Shown: positions 10,069 through 20,153 of the stretch, piece after piece
Layout: each line of letters starts with the position of its first letter
Numbering within the stretch: position 1 is the first letter of the stretch
UHGV virus genome: UHGV-0211740
Reading direction: 5' to 3' (one strand)
From: a virus
DNA length: 64,000 bases
Translations under genes and position numbers: made by a program
Notes under the pieces: model-generated
Database searches by the model: none
Seen by the model: only the letters and a program-made list of their open reading frames with translations
What the model was told of the DNA's origin: nothing

Positions 10069-10352
10069 TTTCTGGTCCTCTTCTTGGATTTTTGTGGAGA
10101 AACGCTTTCTGCAATACGAGACAAACGTTCTTCCGAAGCCTTGCCTATTCCAGGTTTTTTGAGGGGATTATCTTTACGACCGCAATCCAATTGGATATCG
10201 GACACCTCTCCCGCTTTGTAAGTCAATTCTAACAAAAGGTTGTCGTCCTTGTCAAATGTTTTTACGGTAAATTTTTTATCGTCTTCCTTAACCTCATACC
10301 GTGTTCCTGCAGTGTATAGCATAGTTCCATCAGCATAGGATATCCAGATCAT
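10065..10352 (-). CDS. hypothetical protein
   Basis: 95-aa ORF. Confidence 0.4.
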   Translation of the reverse strand: MIWISYADGTMLYTAGTRYEVKEDDKKFTVKTFDKDDNLLLELTYKAGEVSDIQLDCGRKDNPLKKPGIGKASEERLSRIAESVSPQKSKKRTRK

Positions 10353-10696
10353 TGGGCCTTCTCCTGTTGCAACAGCATTAATTCCTTGTTGGATATTTTT
10401 ACTGCAGTTTTTATTGTACCATCTTCACGGAACCACGACCAGAACTCCACGGTGTCGCCACTATCAAGCAAAGCATGCCCGTGATAAAAGTCTTTGTCTT
10501 TCGATAGTTTCTTATCTATATCTGCATCAACACATTCGTGATCCATAGCATTCTGTCTGAATGCATCGGTTATGCCAACACATGCCTTGTTCTCAAGGCT
10601 GGTATATCCTACATCTTTTAATTCAGTTTCCCAAGTCCAGTAGCCTATAAAAGCTACAACAGCTACCCACATTAATAATGTTTTAATCTTTGGCAT
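10349..10696 (-). CDS. putative secreted or membrane-anchored protein
   Basis: 115-aa ORF with N-terminal hydrophobic segment LLMWVAVVAFIGYWTW. Confidence 0.4.
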   Translation of the reverse strand: MPKIKTLLMWVAVVAFIGYWTWETELKDVGYTSLENKACVGITDAFRQNAMDHECVDADIDKKLSKDKDFYHGHALLDSGDTVEFWSWFREDGTIKTAVKISNKELMLLQQEKAQ

Positions 10697-10758
10697 TCTC
10701 TCTACCTCTTTCTTAGTTTATTTCACTATGGCACATCCTTTGTGCCATATTTCACCCA

Positions 10759-11220
10759 CTACTTAAATAGTAGTTCAAAATAGTGCAAAATTAGCAGAAG
10801 TTGAACTACACCCAGTGCAACGGCGAGTATGTTAATCTTAGAATCGAAAAACTTCTTAACTTTTACTCTAAAGGGTTCCTTAATATCCTTTACGATTCTA
10901 TTTATAGATGATCTCACATCCCTGATTGCCATCCTAAACATGGGAGAAGGATCTTCCTTCTCTGTAACGGAATCGAAAACATACTCTCTTCGGTCATAAG
11001 GACCGCCAGCTCTGCGTATTAACCTCTCCACAGAGACCTCGAACGACACACCTGTAACGTAATCGTCTATAACAAGTAATGACGGGTCTTCACCATCAAG
11101 AGGTATCAAAGTTATCTTCCCAGATTTTGTTGAAATCTCTCCTTTTTCAAGCAAGGTGTACCAATGCTCTCTACCAAGACTGTTGAGGCACGTTTTTACA
11201 TATTTAACAAACATCGTCAC
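10759..11220 (-). CDS. hypothetical protein with C-terminal transmembrane segment
   Basis: 153-aa ORF ending ILAVALGVVQLLLILHYF. Confidence 0.4.
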   Translation of the reverse strand: MTMFVKYVKTCLNSLGREHWYTLLEKGEISTKSGKITLIPLDGEDPSLLVIDDYVTGVSFEVSVERLIRRAGGPYDRREYVFDSVTEKEDPSPMFRMAIRDVRSSINRIVKDIKEPFRVKVKKFFDSKINILAVALGVVQLLLILHYFELLFK

Positions 11221-11420
11221 CCCTCATCGCACGTCTGATATAACCATTCTATAAAATCTTGATACCACTCTCCCTCTGAGCGCTCCGTAGGCCAATAATC
11301 CTCACCTTCTCTTGCATTAAAATCTGAGTATTCAACTTTCCACTCTTTTACCAGCTTGTGGAGAAGGTTTTCAGCCTGTTCTAAAGATTTATTTTCTGTC
11401 ATTACTGTCCCCTTTTTCAA
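11217..11420 (-). CDS. hypothetical protein
   Basis: 67-aa ORF. Confidence 0.35.
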   Translation of the reverse strand: MKKGTVMTENKSLEQAENLLHKLVKEWKVEYSDFNAREGEDYWPTERSEGEWYQDFIEWLYQTCDEG

Positions 11421-11622
11421 GATAACTGTACATCAGCGCCGCGCCACCTAAAATGGCTACCAGCAGTAATACCCCCGAGAGCATTTCAATAAACATGGCT
11501 TGAAACACTAGAAGGCCTCCTCTAATTTAACGCACCATTTTAAATACATGTTCTTTTCCCACAAAGGTGCCTGGCTAAGATCTGCGTAGAATGCAATCTC
11601 TTTAAGAACAGTATAAACAGTT

Positions 11623-11859
11623 TTAGGTGAGGTCTCCATTCCTACTCTCCTTTTTCTCCTTACGGAGATTCTTGTAGTAGTCAACCAGGCACATTATCAC
11701 AATGAAGACAACAACAGGCCAAAAAGGTGCAGCAGTAATGATGGTGATAAAATCATCAAACTTCACCCTTCGTGTAGACACGACGCATATACCTGTCAAG
11801 ATTACTGCTGTTATAACGGCTATTACTAGGTAACCCATCAGTACAGCATCTATACTCAT
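11623..11859 (-). CDS. small two-TM membrane protein (holin-like topology)
   Basis: 78 aa; two hydrophobic helices followed by a charged C-terminal tail. Confidence 0.4.
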   Translation of the reverse strand: MSIDAVLMGYLVIAVITAVILTGICVVSTRRVKFDDFITIITAAPFWPVVVFIVIMCLVDYYKNLRKEKKESRNGDLT

Positions 11860-11889
11860 TGGATCCTCCTTTACAGGTTAAATTGTATA

Positions 11890-12423
11890 CTACAGATTGT
11901 TGCTGAGGGTGTCAAGAAAATTATCCCGTTCTTTCTCAGAGTTTTCATGGGTGTAGCTGAAAAACATATCGAGAATAACCTTATTGATATATTCCAGCTC
12001 CTCTGTATTCAGATACTTATCAGGATCTACAATGACTTCCCAAATATCGTACAGACCGCACTCATGATATCCCCAACGCCACTCAATTGTTAAACTGAGC
12101 GGCAAAGCTTTACCGTCACAAACAACCTTCCATCTACAGATGTTGGTATCTGGACGCACCTGTGCACGGTATACCTGTACAAAATCCAATTTGAATTTGA
12201 GGTACTCGTCATACAATTTAAGTACAAAGCTCTCGATTTGTGGAGACACTTTTGCAGCAAACTGTGCGTATTTGTACTTGCACTGGATGATCTTTCTGCG
12301 TTTTGCAGTTAAATTTTTTGCAGACAGTTGTTCTTCAGTGTACCTCCACCTACGGTCAACAAACGCAACAGGGTCTTTGTCCCCATAGAGGTCTTCCCAG
12401 TTAATCAGAAGCATACCTGTCAC
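11890..12423 (-). CDS. hypothetical protein
   Basis: 177-aa ORF. Confidence 0.45.
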   Translation of the reverse strand: MTGMLLINWEDLYGDKDPVAFVDRRWRYTEEQLSAKNLTAKRRKIIQCKYKYAQFAAKVSPQIESFVLKLYDEYLKFKLDFVQVYRAQVRPDTNICRWKVVCDGKALPLSLTIEWRWGYHECGLYDIWEVIVDPDKYLNTEELEYINKVILDMFFSYTHENSEKERDNFLDTLSNNL

Positions 12424-12683
12424 TCCTCCACAACTTCAAGGCCTTTACCGCCCCTCTCTGGAAGATTGCCGAGGGATAGGTAGTAAGTATAGTCTGGTGA
12501 GATTCTACCCGCTTGTGCCCCTGCAGCGATCAAATCTTTTCCAGTGATCATAACAACGTTTTTGTTTGCCGTCAACCGTTTTGCTACTACAATTTTACCG
12601 ACGCAATCGATCAGTGATGGATACCCTAAATCTGTAAGAAATTTAACTTTCATGCTACCTCCTACTTCTACCGTCCCTGGCAA
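12420..12683 (-). CDS. hypothetical small protein (paralog family A)
   Basis: Internal MKVKFL start and ITGKDLIAAGA..LEVVEE motifs. Confidence 0.45.
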   Translation of the reverse strand: MPGTVEVGGSMKVKFLTDLGYPSLIDCVGKIVVAKRLTANKNVVMITGKDLIAAGAQAGRISPDYTYYLSLGNLPERGGKGLEVVEE

Positions 12684-12692
12684 GATAAATTA

Positions 12693-13091
12693 TTACTGAA
12701 CAGAACGCGGAGCTGGGAAGGATAACTCTTCTAAAGAGAAGATTTCATTTCCTACCACCCAAGTTGCTGGATCATCTGGATCAACAGGTTGGATAATCAT
12801 TACCTCATCAACCTTGCACACACGTTTCCCACCTATGGTAGCGTCAGCCACTAACATACGCGGCTCTTCAGAAATGCACAGGTAGCCACCTCGGCCCACT
12901 GTTCCTTCTACAGGATCCTGCCCTTTGACAACGATGAATACCTTTTCTCCTGTGGCGATATTACTTTGCACACGGACAGTTTGACCAACTTTAGAGGTAC
13001 CTACCTTGGTGGCTTCAAACATTAAATCCCGAATTACTGTTGCATAGTTGCCGGAAACTTTCTTACCTTCTTTGGTGATCTCAATCTTCAT
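12693..13091 (-). CDS. hypothetical protein
   Basis: 132-aa ORF. Confidence 0.45.
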   Translation of the reverse strand: MKIEITKEGKKVSGNYATVIRDLMFEATKVGTSKVGQTVRVQSNIATGEKVFIVVKGQDPVEGTVGRGGYLCISEEPRMLVADATIGGKRVCKVDEVMIIQPVDPDDPATWVVGNEIFSLEELSFPAPRSVQ

Positions 13092-13360
13092 AATTTAGGC
13101 TCCTTAAATGAATCTATGTAGTCAATTAAATCCCAAGCATCGCGATGGGCTGTCAGAGGATATACTTCTCCGAGAGGGATCATAGCGGCAAGTCTATCAA
13201 AAACCCAGTCTGGACGCAACATTTTATGGTGATATTCCCACTCACCTTCTACAGACTTTTTCTGAGTGATCAGGATCTCTGTGTAGTGTTTAGCCTGTCT
13301 TGAGTAGATTGAAAATGACTTGTACATAAATGGCCCCTCTTGTTGAAAACAAGAATACAT
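13088..13360 (-). CDS. hypothetical protein
   Basis: 90-aa ORF. Confidence 0.4.
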   Translation of the reverse strand: MYSCFQQEGPFMYKSFSIYSRQAKHYTEILITQKKSVEGEWEYHHKMLRPDWVFDRLAAMIPLGEVYPLTAHRDAWDLIDYIDSFKEPKL

Positions 13361-13362
13361 AA

Positions 13363-13677
13363 CTACCAGGTCACTGTCAAGTAGGCAACTGTGTTATTTT
13401 TCTCTGGCGATATGCCAACAACATCCACTTGCAGACCCCCTGCCCTTAAATCTCCGACGATGTGTGGGAAGTAATCAGAGAGATGTGATGGAAGATTTAT
13501 CGAAAATCCGCACCCCAGAAAGCCTGCTAACGCTTTATTTTGTATCTCCCCTACAATCGCATCGTAAATAGCGTTAAGCTCGTCAGGAAGCGTCACAGGG
13601 CGTTTTAGCGCTAACCGGTGTAATTTGTCCTTAGCACTCATTTTCATTTCAGATCTACCTCTGGTGGTGCCAACCAC
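13363..13677 (-). CDS. hypothetical protein
   Basis: 104-aa ORF. Confidence 0.4.
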   Translation of the reverse strand: MVGTTRGRSEMKMSAKDKLHRLALKRPVTLPDELNAIYDAIVGEIQNKALAGFLGCGFSINLPSHLSDYFPHIVGDLRAGGLQVDVVGISPEKNNTVAYLTVTW

Positions 13678-14177
13678 ATAAATGGCGGCAAATCTAAGCG
13701 GTTTTTCTTATCCCACACAAAATATGCATATGCTTGCCCGTCAGTTCTGCCATTGGACTGGAATGATGGGCGCTTAGATATTGTAATCACTGTGGTAGGG
13801 GCATTTTCAAGCCACCACTCAAAACGTGCTTTACTTTCCAGGAAGTTGAGACGCAAAAGCATAATAACTACGTCAGCATCTTTCAACGCCTTTTCTACAA
13901 ACTCACGGGCCAGGCTGTAGGGAGGGTTGGTTATAATGCAGTCAACATGGTTGTATTCTGTATTCAAGTAGTCCACACCTTCTTGAATCTCTCCCCATGC
14001 AGATCCTAACGGCATACGGGAGTAGAATACCCCGTTAACACTGTTTCGGCACGGCTCCAGATAAGTCCAGTTCTCCGGGAAATCAATTAAGTTATATAGG
14101 CCTTCTGCACACCAATCTGGTGTAACATATTCATCATAAGCATTACGTTGTTCGTCAGGTTTTCTAGCGCAAGTCAT
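13644..14177 (-). CDS. phage-type DNA N6-adenine methyltransferase (small Dam-like)
   Basis: 177 aa with catalytic motif IV ITNPPY; size and motif fit the small phage Dam family. Confidence 0.65.
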   Translation of the reverse strand: MTCARKPDEQRNAYDEYVTPDWCAEGLYNLIDFPENWTYLEPCRNSVNGVFYSRMPLGSAWGEIQEGVDYLNTEYNHVDCIITNPPYSLAREFVEKALKDADVVIMLLRLNFLESKARFEWWLENAPTTVITISKRPSFQSNGRTDGQAYAYFVWDKKNRLDLPPFMWLAPPEVDLK

Positions 14178-14228
14178 GCAAATCTCCAGATCATAAAAGC
14201 CCTCCGAAGAGGGCTTTAAGATTAATAT

Positions 14229-15275
14229 TTAAGCTTCTTCGACAATTCCTGCACCCAGGATTTTTTCATTAAGCTCTTTTGCGGTTTTAATAATATTATC
14301 CACCAGACGCTTACGGGTCTTGTCTTTCACCTGAACCTCTTCGCCACCGTTCAGAGTAGTCTTCAATTGAGACAGAATATCCTGAAGTTCAACGACAGAG
14401 AATCGCTGCAGATCTTCTGAGGTAATCTCGCCGAGAGCGATCCGGACGGTCTCACCACTTTCCATCTGCAGATTCAGGAACACGGTGTGAACATCATCTT
14501 TCACACCATTTGCTTTTGCAGACTCGACAGCATGAACCAGTTCGTCCAGGGAGGTGCACTGGTGAATCTCTGGCAGACCTGCTTCACCTAGTACCCCTTC
14601 ATCACCTTTTGCCAGAAGCTTTTTCGGTTTCTGCCCGTTCTGGATACGCTGAATGTTTTCATCGTCCAGAATGATAGCTCCAGTTCTAGATGCCAGCTCC
14701 TCTCCGTCCAACCATACTTCTCCACCAGCTGTGATGGAGGCGATCTCATCTTCTGTCAGCACTCCACCGTAGTATTTTTCGATCAGACGTTCGAAACGTT
14801 TTTTCCAGTAGCTGACCTGAGTATTCATGTTCACACCGTTGCCATAAGTGCCACCTTGGTAGTAGTGGAACATAAATTCAGTATCTGGAGCCACAGTGCG
14901 TTCTTTGCAACCTAGCCATAAGATTGTTCCAGCAGAGCAGCACATCCCTTCAGCATGTACAACAACGCTTGCCTGAGACTCGCGGAATGCCTGCAGATAT
15001 GCCATTGCAATGTGCACGCAACCACCAGGGCTATTGATGATCACCCGAATGCTTTCTTCCGGCTGAGCCATACGGATCGTCTGCAGACGAGACATATGGT
15101 CTTGTAGGTCTTCCAAGTCGTCGATATAAAGAACGTGGTCAACAACAGGTGTTGGGTAGCTGTATGTTTCCATAATACCACCCGGCATACCAAACATTTT
15201 ATTACTCATCGGTTCGAAGCCGTTCTGTTTTTCTTTCATGCCGTGTACCATGGTGCTGCGAGGTGTTAAATTCAT
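14229..15275 (-). CDS. ClpP-like serine protease with C-terminal helical extension (possible prohead protease-scaffold fusion)
   Basis: INSPGG and MCCSAGT serine motif plus MFHYY histidine region match the ClpP/S14 fold; about 150 aa helical C-terminal tail. Confidence 0.7.
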   Translation of the reverse strand: MNLTPRSTMVHGMKEKQNGFEPMSNKMFGMPGGIMETYSYPTPVVDHVLYIDDLEDLQDHMSRLQTIRMAQPEESIRVIINSPGGCVHIAMAYLQAFRESQASVVVHAEGMCCSAGTILWLGCKERTVAPDTEFMFHYYQGGTYGNGVNMNTQVSYWKKRFERLIEKYYGGVLTEDEIASITAGGEVWLDGEELASRTGAIILDDENIQRIQNGQKPKKLLAKGDEGVLGEAGLPEIHQCTSLDELVHAVESAKANGVKDDVHTVFLNLQMESGETVRIALGEITSEDLQRFSVVELQDILSQLKTTLNGGEEVQVKDKTRKRLVDNIIKTAKELNEKILGAGIVEEA

Positions 15276-15336
15276 GTGAGGTCCTTAATGTTGGAAAATT
15301 AAAAGCGATTTATTTAAACCTGATTCTCATTTGCCT

Positions 15337-15648
15337 TTATTTGGCAATTACCATGGAATACTTGCAATTGTCAGAAGCATCACAGGTCAACGATTGCCAG
15401 TCTACCACATACCACGTGTCATTGTCAACAATTACTTTATCACCTGTTCTGTAAAAGGTGTTGCTTTCAATAACACGAGACTCAGTGAAGAATCGGTGTC
15501 TTCGCTCACGTAGTAGAGCCAAGTTGATTATATTACCACCGCTGTCCTTAATCCACACATTCTTGTATCCTTTATTTGCCAAAATTGTCTCGCCGTTATA
15601 GACAAACAGGCAGTAGATTTTATTCAATCTCTCTTGTATCGTAGCCAT
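15337..15648 (-). CDS. hypothetical protein
   Basis: 103-aa ORF. Confidence 0.4.
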   Translation of the reverse strand: MATIQERLNKIYCLFVYNGETILANKGYKNVWIKDSGGNIINLALLRERRHRFFTESRVIESNTFYRTGDKVIVDNDTWYVVDWQSLTCDASDNCKYSMVIAK

Positions 15649-15749
15649 ACTGTTCTTCTCCTCGTTTTGTCAGGCAATAATACCTAAAGCTTGTCTGTTT
15701 GTCAACAAGTGTTTTAGATATTCAAGGGTGGAATAACCACCCTTATATG

Positions 15750-16538
15750 TTACTCGGAAACAGGAGTCCAAATACGGTTTGCACGGTCCTCAATAAGATT
15801 GAGTGCAATCTGACGACCCAGCCCAGAACGAACAACATCGTCAGGACTATCAAAGCTAATCATCCCAACTTCAGGATCTGGATGGCGTGTAAAGAAATCT
15901 GTCACCCATGCAAGGCCAGATTTACCAGGGATGTCTCGTTGGCTATTGTCCCCCATAATTACAAGGGTGGCCTGATCGGAGATCCTTGTGATAATTGACA
16001 ACATTTCTTCAGGGTTAGTTTGCTGTGCCTCGTCAATTAGGACAAAGCATCGTTCATCGAAACTACGACCACGAATACTTTCAACTTCACAAATCTCTAT
16101 ACGGCTGTTCTGACCGTCTCCCAGCATTGCTGCAAAAGCACCTTTGCCAACACGACGACAAATCGTGTCCATCATACTCCGGAGATAGGGCCACAGTTTC
16201 TGCATTGCATTCCCGGGTTTAAATCCTGAAGTCTTTCCTGTCTGAACGTAAGGGCGTGCAACAATGATCTTATCAATCTCGTTTTTACGTAACAGATCTC
16301 CTGCATAGGCAGATGCCATAAATGTCTTACCAGACCCAAACACACCGTTTACGATAATAATCTTACGTGACCCTAAATAATCAAGATACTTTTGCTGCTT
16401 CTTATTCATCGGTCGGAGAGCTGGAGCTGTGTGCTCTCGTTCTTCAGAAAATTTCTCAGCAGCCTTACGCAAACGATCAGATTTACGAGCCTCTCTGGCT
16501 TCATCACGCATGCGTTTTGTTTCTTTAGCTCGACCCAT
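15750..16538 (-). CDS. phoH: PhoH-like ATPase
   Basis: Walker A GVFGSGKT and LIDEAQ motifs; 262 aa. Confidence 0.8.
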   Translation of the reverse strand: MGRAKETKRMRDEAREARKSDRLRKAAEKFSEEREHTAPALRPMNKKQQKYLDYLGSRKIIIVNGVFGSGKTFMASAYAGDLLRKNEIDKIIVARPYVQTGKTSGFKPGNAMQKLWPYLRSMMDTICRRVGKGAFAAMLGDGQNSRIEICEVESIRGRSFDERCFVLIDEAQQTNPEEMLSIITRISDQATLVIMGDNSQRDIPGKSGLAWVTDFFTRHPDPEVGMISFDSPDDVVRSGLGRQIALNLIEDRANRIWTPVSE

Positions 16539-16576
16539 GGTGGGACTCCTTTCAGATTGAGATGTGTCTGGAACTT

Positions 16577-16927
16577 TTATTGCAACAGTTTTTCGATAGC
16601 CGCTTCCATGCTGCTTGCAACAGCCTGAACTCGGATATTCATCTCTTCTTGGTGGATCAGTTCCTTAAGCTCTTTAACGGTAAATTCTTTAGAGAAACCT
16701 TCCACCATAATATTGTGTAAGGCTTCTTGCGTGTCTACTTGCAAGAACTTTTCCAGTTTGTTGGCAGAGGCTTCTAAATCGGCCCGAATACGAGGGTCAT
16801 CTGTGCGATTCAGCATTAGGCGTAAGCCATCGAGATTAGTAGAGATAGCGTCAGCATGTTGAGTAACTAACCGTGGCAAAATGAGATCTACAAACTTATT
16901 AGCCAAATCAATACGTTCTTGTGTCAC
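16577..16927 (-). CDS. hypothetical protein
   Basis: 116-aa ORF. Confidence 0.4.
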   Translation of the reverse strand: MTQERIDLANKFVDLILPRLVTQHADAISTNLDGLRLMLNRTDDPRIRADLEASANKLEKFLQVDTQEALHNIMVEGFSKEFTVKELKELIHQEEMNIRVQAVASSMEAAIEKLLQ

Positions 16928-17068
16928 TGTTGTACCCCCTCTTCATCCTCATGATGTTTCTTTTCACGCTTGTGTTTTTTCTTAAGCTCAAGCGCAATCT
17001 CTTTTTTGTACGCCTTCTTCAAGGCCTTTTTAGCCATTTGGCACCTCCTCTGCTTTCATTTTACGATA

Positions 17069-17098
17069 ATTATATCTGTCTAAACAAAGCTTTGTCAA
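17069..17098 (-). promoter_or_regulatory. putative sigma70-like promoter (minus strand)
   Basis: Minus-strand TTGACA (plus-strand TGTCAA) and TATAAT-like element separated by about 18 bp, upstream of 16577..16927. Confidence 0.35.
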
Positions 17099-17101
17099 CA
17101 A

Positions 17102-17593
17102 TTAATCTACCTGAACCCATCCGCCTGCTACCTTTTTAAACATTCTTTGGTTATCACTGCCTCGGAACGGTTTCTTGGTTGGCAAATCTTTTATATACTT
17201 ACCATCAATGATGATATCAGCCAGTTTAAGAACATCACTAGAGATATGGTCAAATGTGAACCCAGTATACACAAGAATAGTTTTCTTGTCACCGAATTTT
17301 TCCTTAATTTTCTCCATCAGGCTAATAATACCTGGCTCATTATAGTATGCCAAGGGTTCTCCACCCAGCAGAGAGATACCGCACACAGACGGGTTGTCCA
17401 AATCTGACAAGATTTTTTGCAAGTCTTCCTCGGTGAACTCTCTTCCCTTATCTTTTGACCAAAATGCCTGATTAAAGCAACTAGGGCAAGCGTGTGGGCA
17501 CCCAGATACCCACAAGGCAGTTCTAATACCTGGCCCTTCGGTGTAAGATATTTCTGTGTATCCGGCAATGTTCATAGATACTCCGCACCACAT
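17102..17593 (-). CDS. nrdG: anaerobic ribonucleotide reductase activating protein (radical SAM)
   Basis: CPHACPSC radical-SAM cysteine cluster; located immediately downstream of nrdD. Confidence 0.8.
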   Translation of the reverse strand: MWCGVSMNIAGYTEISYTEGPGIRTALWVSGCPHACPSCFNQAFWSKDKGREFTEEDLQKILSDLDNPSVCGISLLGGEPLAYYNEPGIISLMEKIKEKFGDKKTILVYTGFTFDHISSDVLKLADIIIDGKYIKDLPTKKPFRGSDNQRMFKKVAGGWVQVD

Positions 17594-17751
17594 TCAGGGC
17601 AATACCAAATAAAATCATCCAGCGCCTTGCACCAACGAAGATTACAATGGCAACCGCACTTGCAAATTTTATAAATACCTGTAGACATATTGCACCTCCT
17701 AGTTTACTGTGTACCAACAATATGCCACATCCTTGTGGCTTTTGTCAAGTA

Positions 17752-19875
17752 TCAGCAACCACAACTTCCGTAGTGCTTAACTCGCTCGATAACTTCAGCT
17801 TGCTTGCCTTTATTGTAAGGACGTGAGTTAGGACTGGAAAGGTATCCAGACACACGTCGAATTACACTGATCGTTCCCTCTTCGTGGTTTCCACAGTCTG
17901 GGCATACAAAGCCTTTAGCTGTTGCACTGAACTCACCAGAGAAACCGCACTTTAGACATTTATCCACTGGTTGGTTAATACCAAAATACATAATGTGTTT
18001 ATACCCGAAGTCAACAAGAGCCTCTAAAGCATCCAGGTTGTTTTTCAGGTTAGGTGTCTCTATGTATCCAATGTTGCCGCCAGAGGAGATCATAGCAAAA
18101 CCTTCTTCATACTTCCACTTATCAAAAGGTGAACTATTGATCCATACTGGTTGGTGGAAACTGTTGGTGATATATTCATGCTCGTGCTTCAATACCTCAG
18201 GATATTCACGATCCAGACAGGTTGCAGCTTTGTAGCATAAGCTTTCAGAAGGAGTGCCGTACAAGCTGAATGCCAGACCACTTTCCTTCTTATATCGCTC
18301 ACAAGCATCTTTCATGTGCTGAAGGATTCCAAGAGCTAAAGCCTTGTCTCCCTCTCTACCCAAAATCTGACAGGTTTCATACACACCAATATATCCAATA
18401 CTGATGGAAGCGTACCCGTCATAGAAGAGTTTATCAATACTCTCTTCAGGATCCAAGCGAGCAAGAGCGCCTTCACACCACATGATGGGGTTCTGACCTG
18501 CCTTAGTGCCTTTCAGACGGTTAACCCTTACAAGGTGAGCTTCATATGCCAAATCCAGATATTCGTCTAGAACTGTAAAGAAATCAACACCTTCTGTTTT
18601 AGCTTTTGCTGCAATCATTGGCAGGTTGAGGCTAACAACACCCAAGTTGAATCTGCCGAGGTATTTCTCCTCACCTGTTTCTAAGTCATTATATTTGCTA
18701 AGAAAACTCCGGCAACCCATGCTCGTTACTTTGCCATCTGTAGAACCTGTCACCTTACGATTTAGCGGAACAGAAACAAAGTCAGGATAAATTCGCTCTG
18801 CAGAGCATTCCAGAGCTAATCGTTTCAAATCATAGTTCGGATCCTCAGGGTTCATGTTGACACCCTCTTCTAAGAAGAACAGCACTTTAGGGAACACAGG
18901 TGTGATCCGTTCTTCACCAAGACCCATTTTGTGGACTTTCAGGTAGTTTTTGGTAATCATTCTACCAAATACCGAGGTATCAAGTCCTAAACTTAATGTT
19001 ATGAACGGAGTTTGCCCGTTGACAGAAGTTAACGTGTTGATTTGATAAAGCAACGTCTGCATACTGTCAAACACGTCTTTATCAGTCATCTGCATTGCAA
19101 CGCCTTCAGCATCCGGCAACCAATGCTCCTGACAAAATTTAAGGTTCTTCTCATAGGTAGCTTCAGCATACTGTGCCAGATAATGATCAATATGGCTCAT
19201 AGTCTGACCGCCGTATTGAGCACTAGCCACTGCACTAGAGATTTGGCTAAGGATTGTTGTTGCAACCCCTATTGACTTAGGCTTGCTGACATGGGCGTTA
19301 CCAATGTTGAATCCGTTTTCCAGCATATCTGGATAATTTACCAAACAACAGTTTGTTAGAGGGCTGATCAGATAGTCAAGATCATGCACATGGATGAAGC
19401 CTTTATTGTGCTCTTCGGAGACACGGTCTGGCAGGATCTGTGTTGATGCAAGGTGTTTGCTAAGGATGCCTGCAAGCAGGTCACGATGAGTGTGTACATG
19501 ATTGGTAGGCTTATTTGCATTTTCTTTTGTAAATTCATCACAAGTGCGATCCAAGAAGCCACTAATATCTGCAAGCAGTTTTCCACCTGCCTCTCTGTTA
19601 TTATCTCTTGTCTGCCTATACTGGATGTATTCTCTGGCTGCACATTTTAAACCCATATCCATGAGAGCGTCTTCAACAAGGATATGGATATTTTTTACAG
19701 AGATTGTGCACTGATTGGCTGGTAGATTGTTAGCAACAACTTCATTAACCGCGCAGGCGATCCGGTAAGCTTCTTCTTCAGTATGTCCAGACTCAAGTAA
19801 GGCGGACTCTGCCGCCTTGATCACCTTAATTCCGTTATAGACCTCTTCTCTACCGTCCCGTTTTACAACTTTCAC
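17752..19875 (-). CDS. nrdD: anaerobic ribonucleoside-triphosphate reductase
   Basis: 707 aa; N-terminal ATP-cone (KVVKRDGREE), C-terminal glycyl radical motif RRVSGYL with preceding Cys-rich Zn ribbon. Confidence 0.9.
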   Translation of the reverse strand: MKVVKRDGREEVYNGIKVIKAAESALLESGHTEEEAYRIACAVNEVVANNLPANQCTISVKNIHILVEDALMDMGLKCAAREYIQYRQTRDNNREAGGKLLADISGFLDRTCDEFTKENANKPTNHVHTHRDLLAGILSKHLASTQILPDRVSEEHNKGFIHVHDLDYLISPLTNCCLVNYPDMLENGFNIGNAHVSKPKSIGVATTILSQISSAVASAQYGGQTMSHIDHYLAQYAEATYEKNLKFCQEHWLPDAEGVAMQMTDKDVFDSMQTLLYQINTLTSVNGQTPFITLSLGLDTSVFGRMITKNYLKVHKMGLGEERITPVFPKVLFFLEEGVNMNPEDPNYDLKRLALECSAERIYPDFVSVPLNRKVTGSTDGKVTSMGCRSFLSKYNDLETGEEKYLGRFNLGVVSLNLPMIAAKAKTEGVDFFTVLDEYLDLAYEAHLVRVNRLKGTKAGQNPIMWCEGALARLDPEESIDKLFYDGYASISIGYIGVYETCQILGREGDKALALGILQHMKDACERYKKESGLAFSLYGTPSESLCYKAATCLDREYPEVLKHEHEYITNSFHQPVWINSSPFDKWKYEEGFAMISSGGNIGYIETPNLKNNLDALEALVDFGYKHIMYFGINQPVDKCLKCGFSGEFSATAKGFVCPDCGNHEEGTISVIRRVSGYLSSPNSRPYNKGKQAEVIERVKHYGSCGC

Positions 19876-20150
19876 TTTTTCTCTCCAAAACCATTCTTAA
19901 CAAAAGAAATGAAATCGTCGGCACCGCCTATATGGATACTTTCAAGATTGCCTTCTAAGAAGATCTGCGGCAACGTTCTGGGTACGATTGGACTGCACTT
20001 CTCGATAAGTTCTTCTTTTGTGTATCCCTCGCCAAGTGTCTTATATACAAAAGGCAGACCTTTACTGACTGCAAATTCTTTTGCTCTTACACAATGTGGG
20101 CAGTTATCTTTACCGTAAATGATAAAGAAAAAAGATTTTTCACAGCTCAT
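19872..20150 (-). CDS. glutaredoxin/thioredoxin-like redoxin
   Basis: 92 aa with CPHC active site; placed between nrdB and nrdD. Confidence 0.65.
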   Translation of the reverse strand: MSCEKSFFFIIYGKDNCPHCVRAKEFAVSKGLPFVYKTLGEGYTKEELIEKCSPIVPRTLPQIFLEGNLESIHIGGADDFISFVKNGFGEKK

Positions 20151-20153
20151 ATA

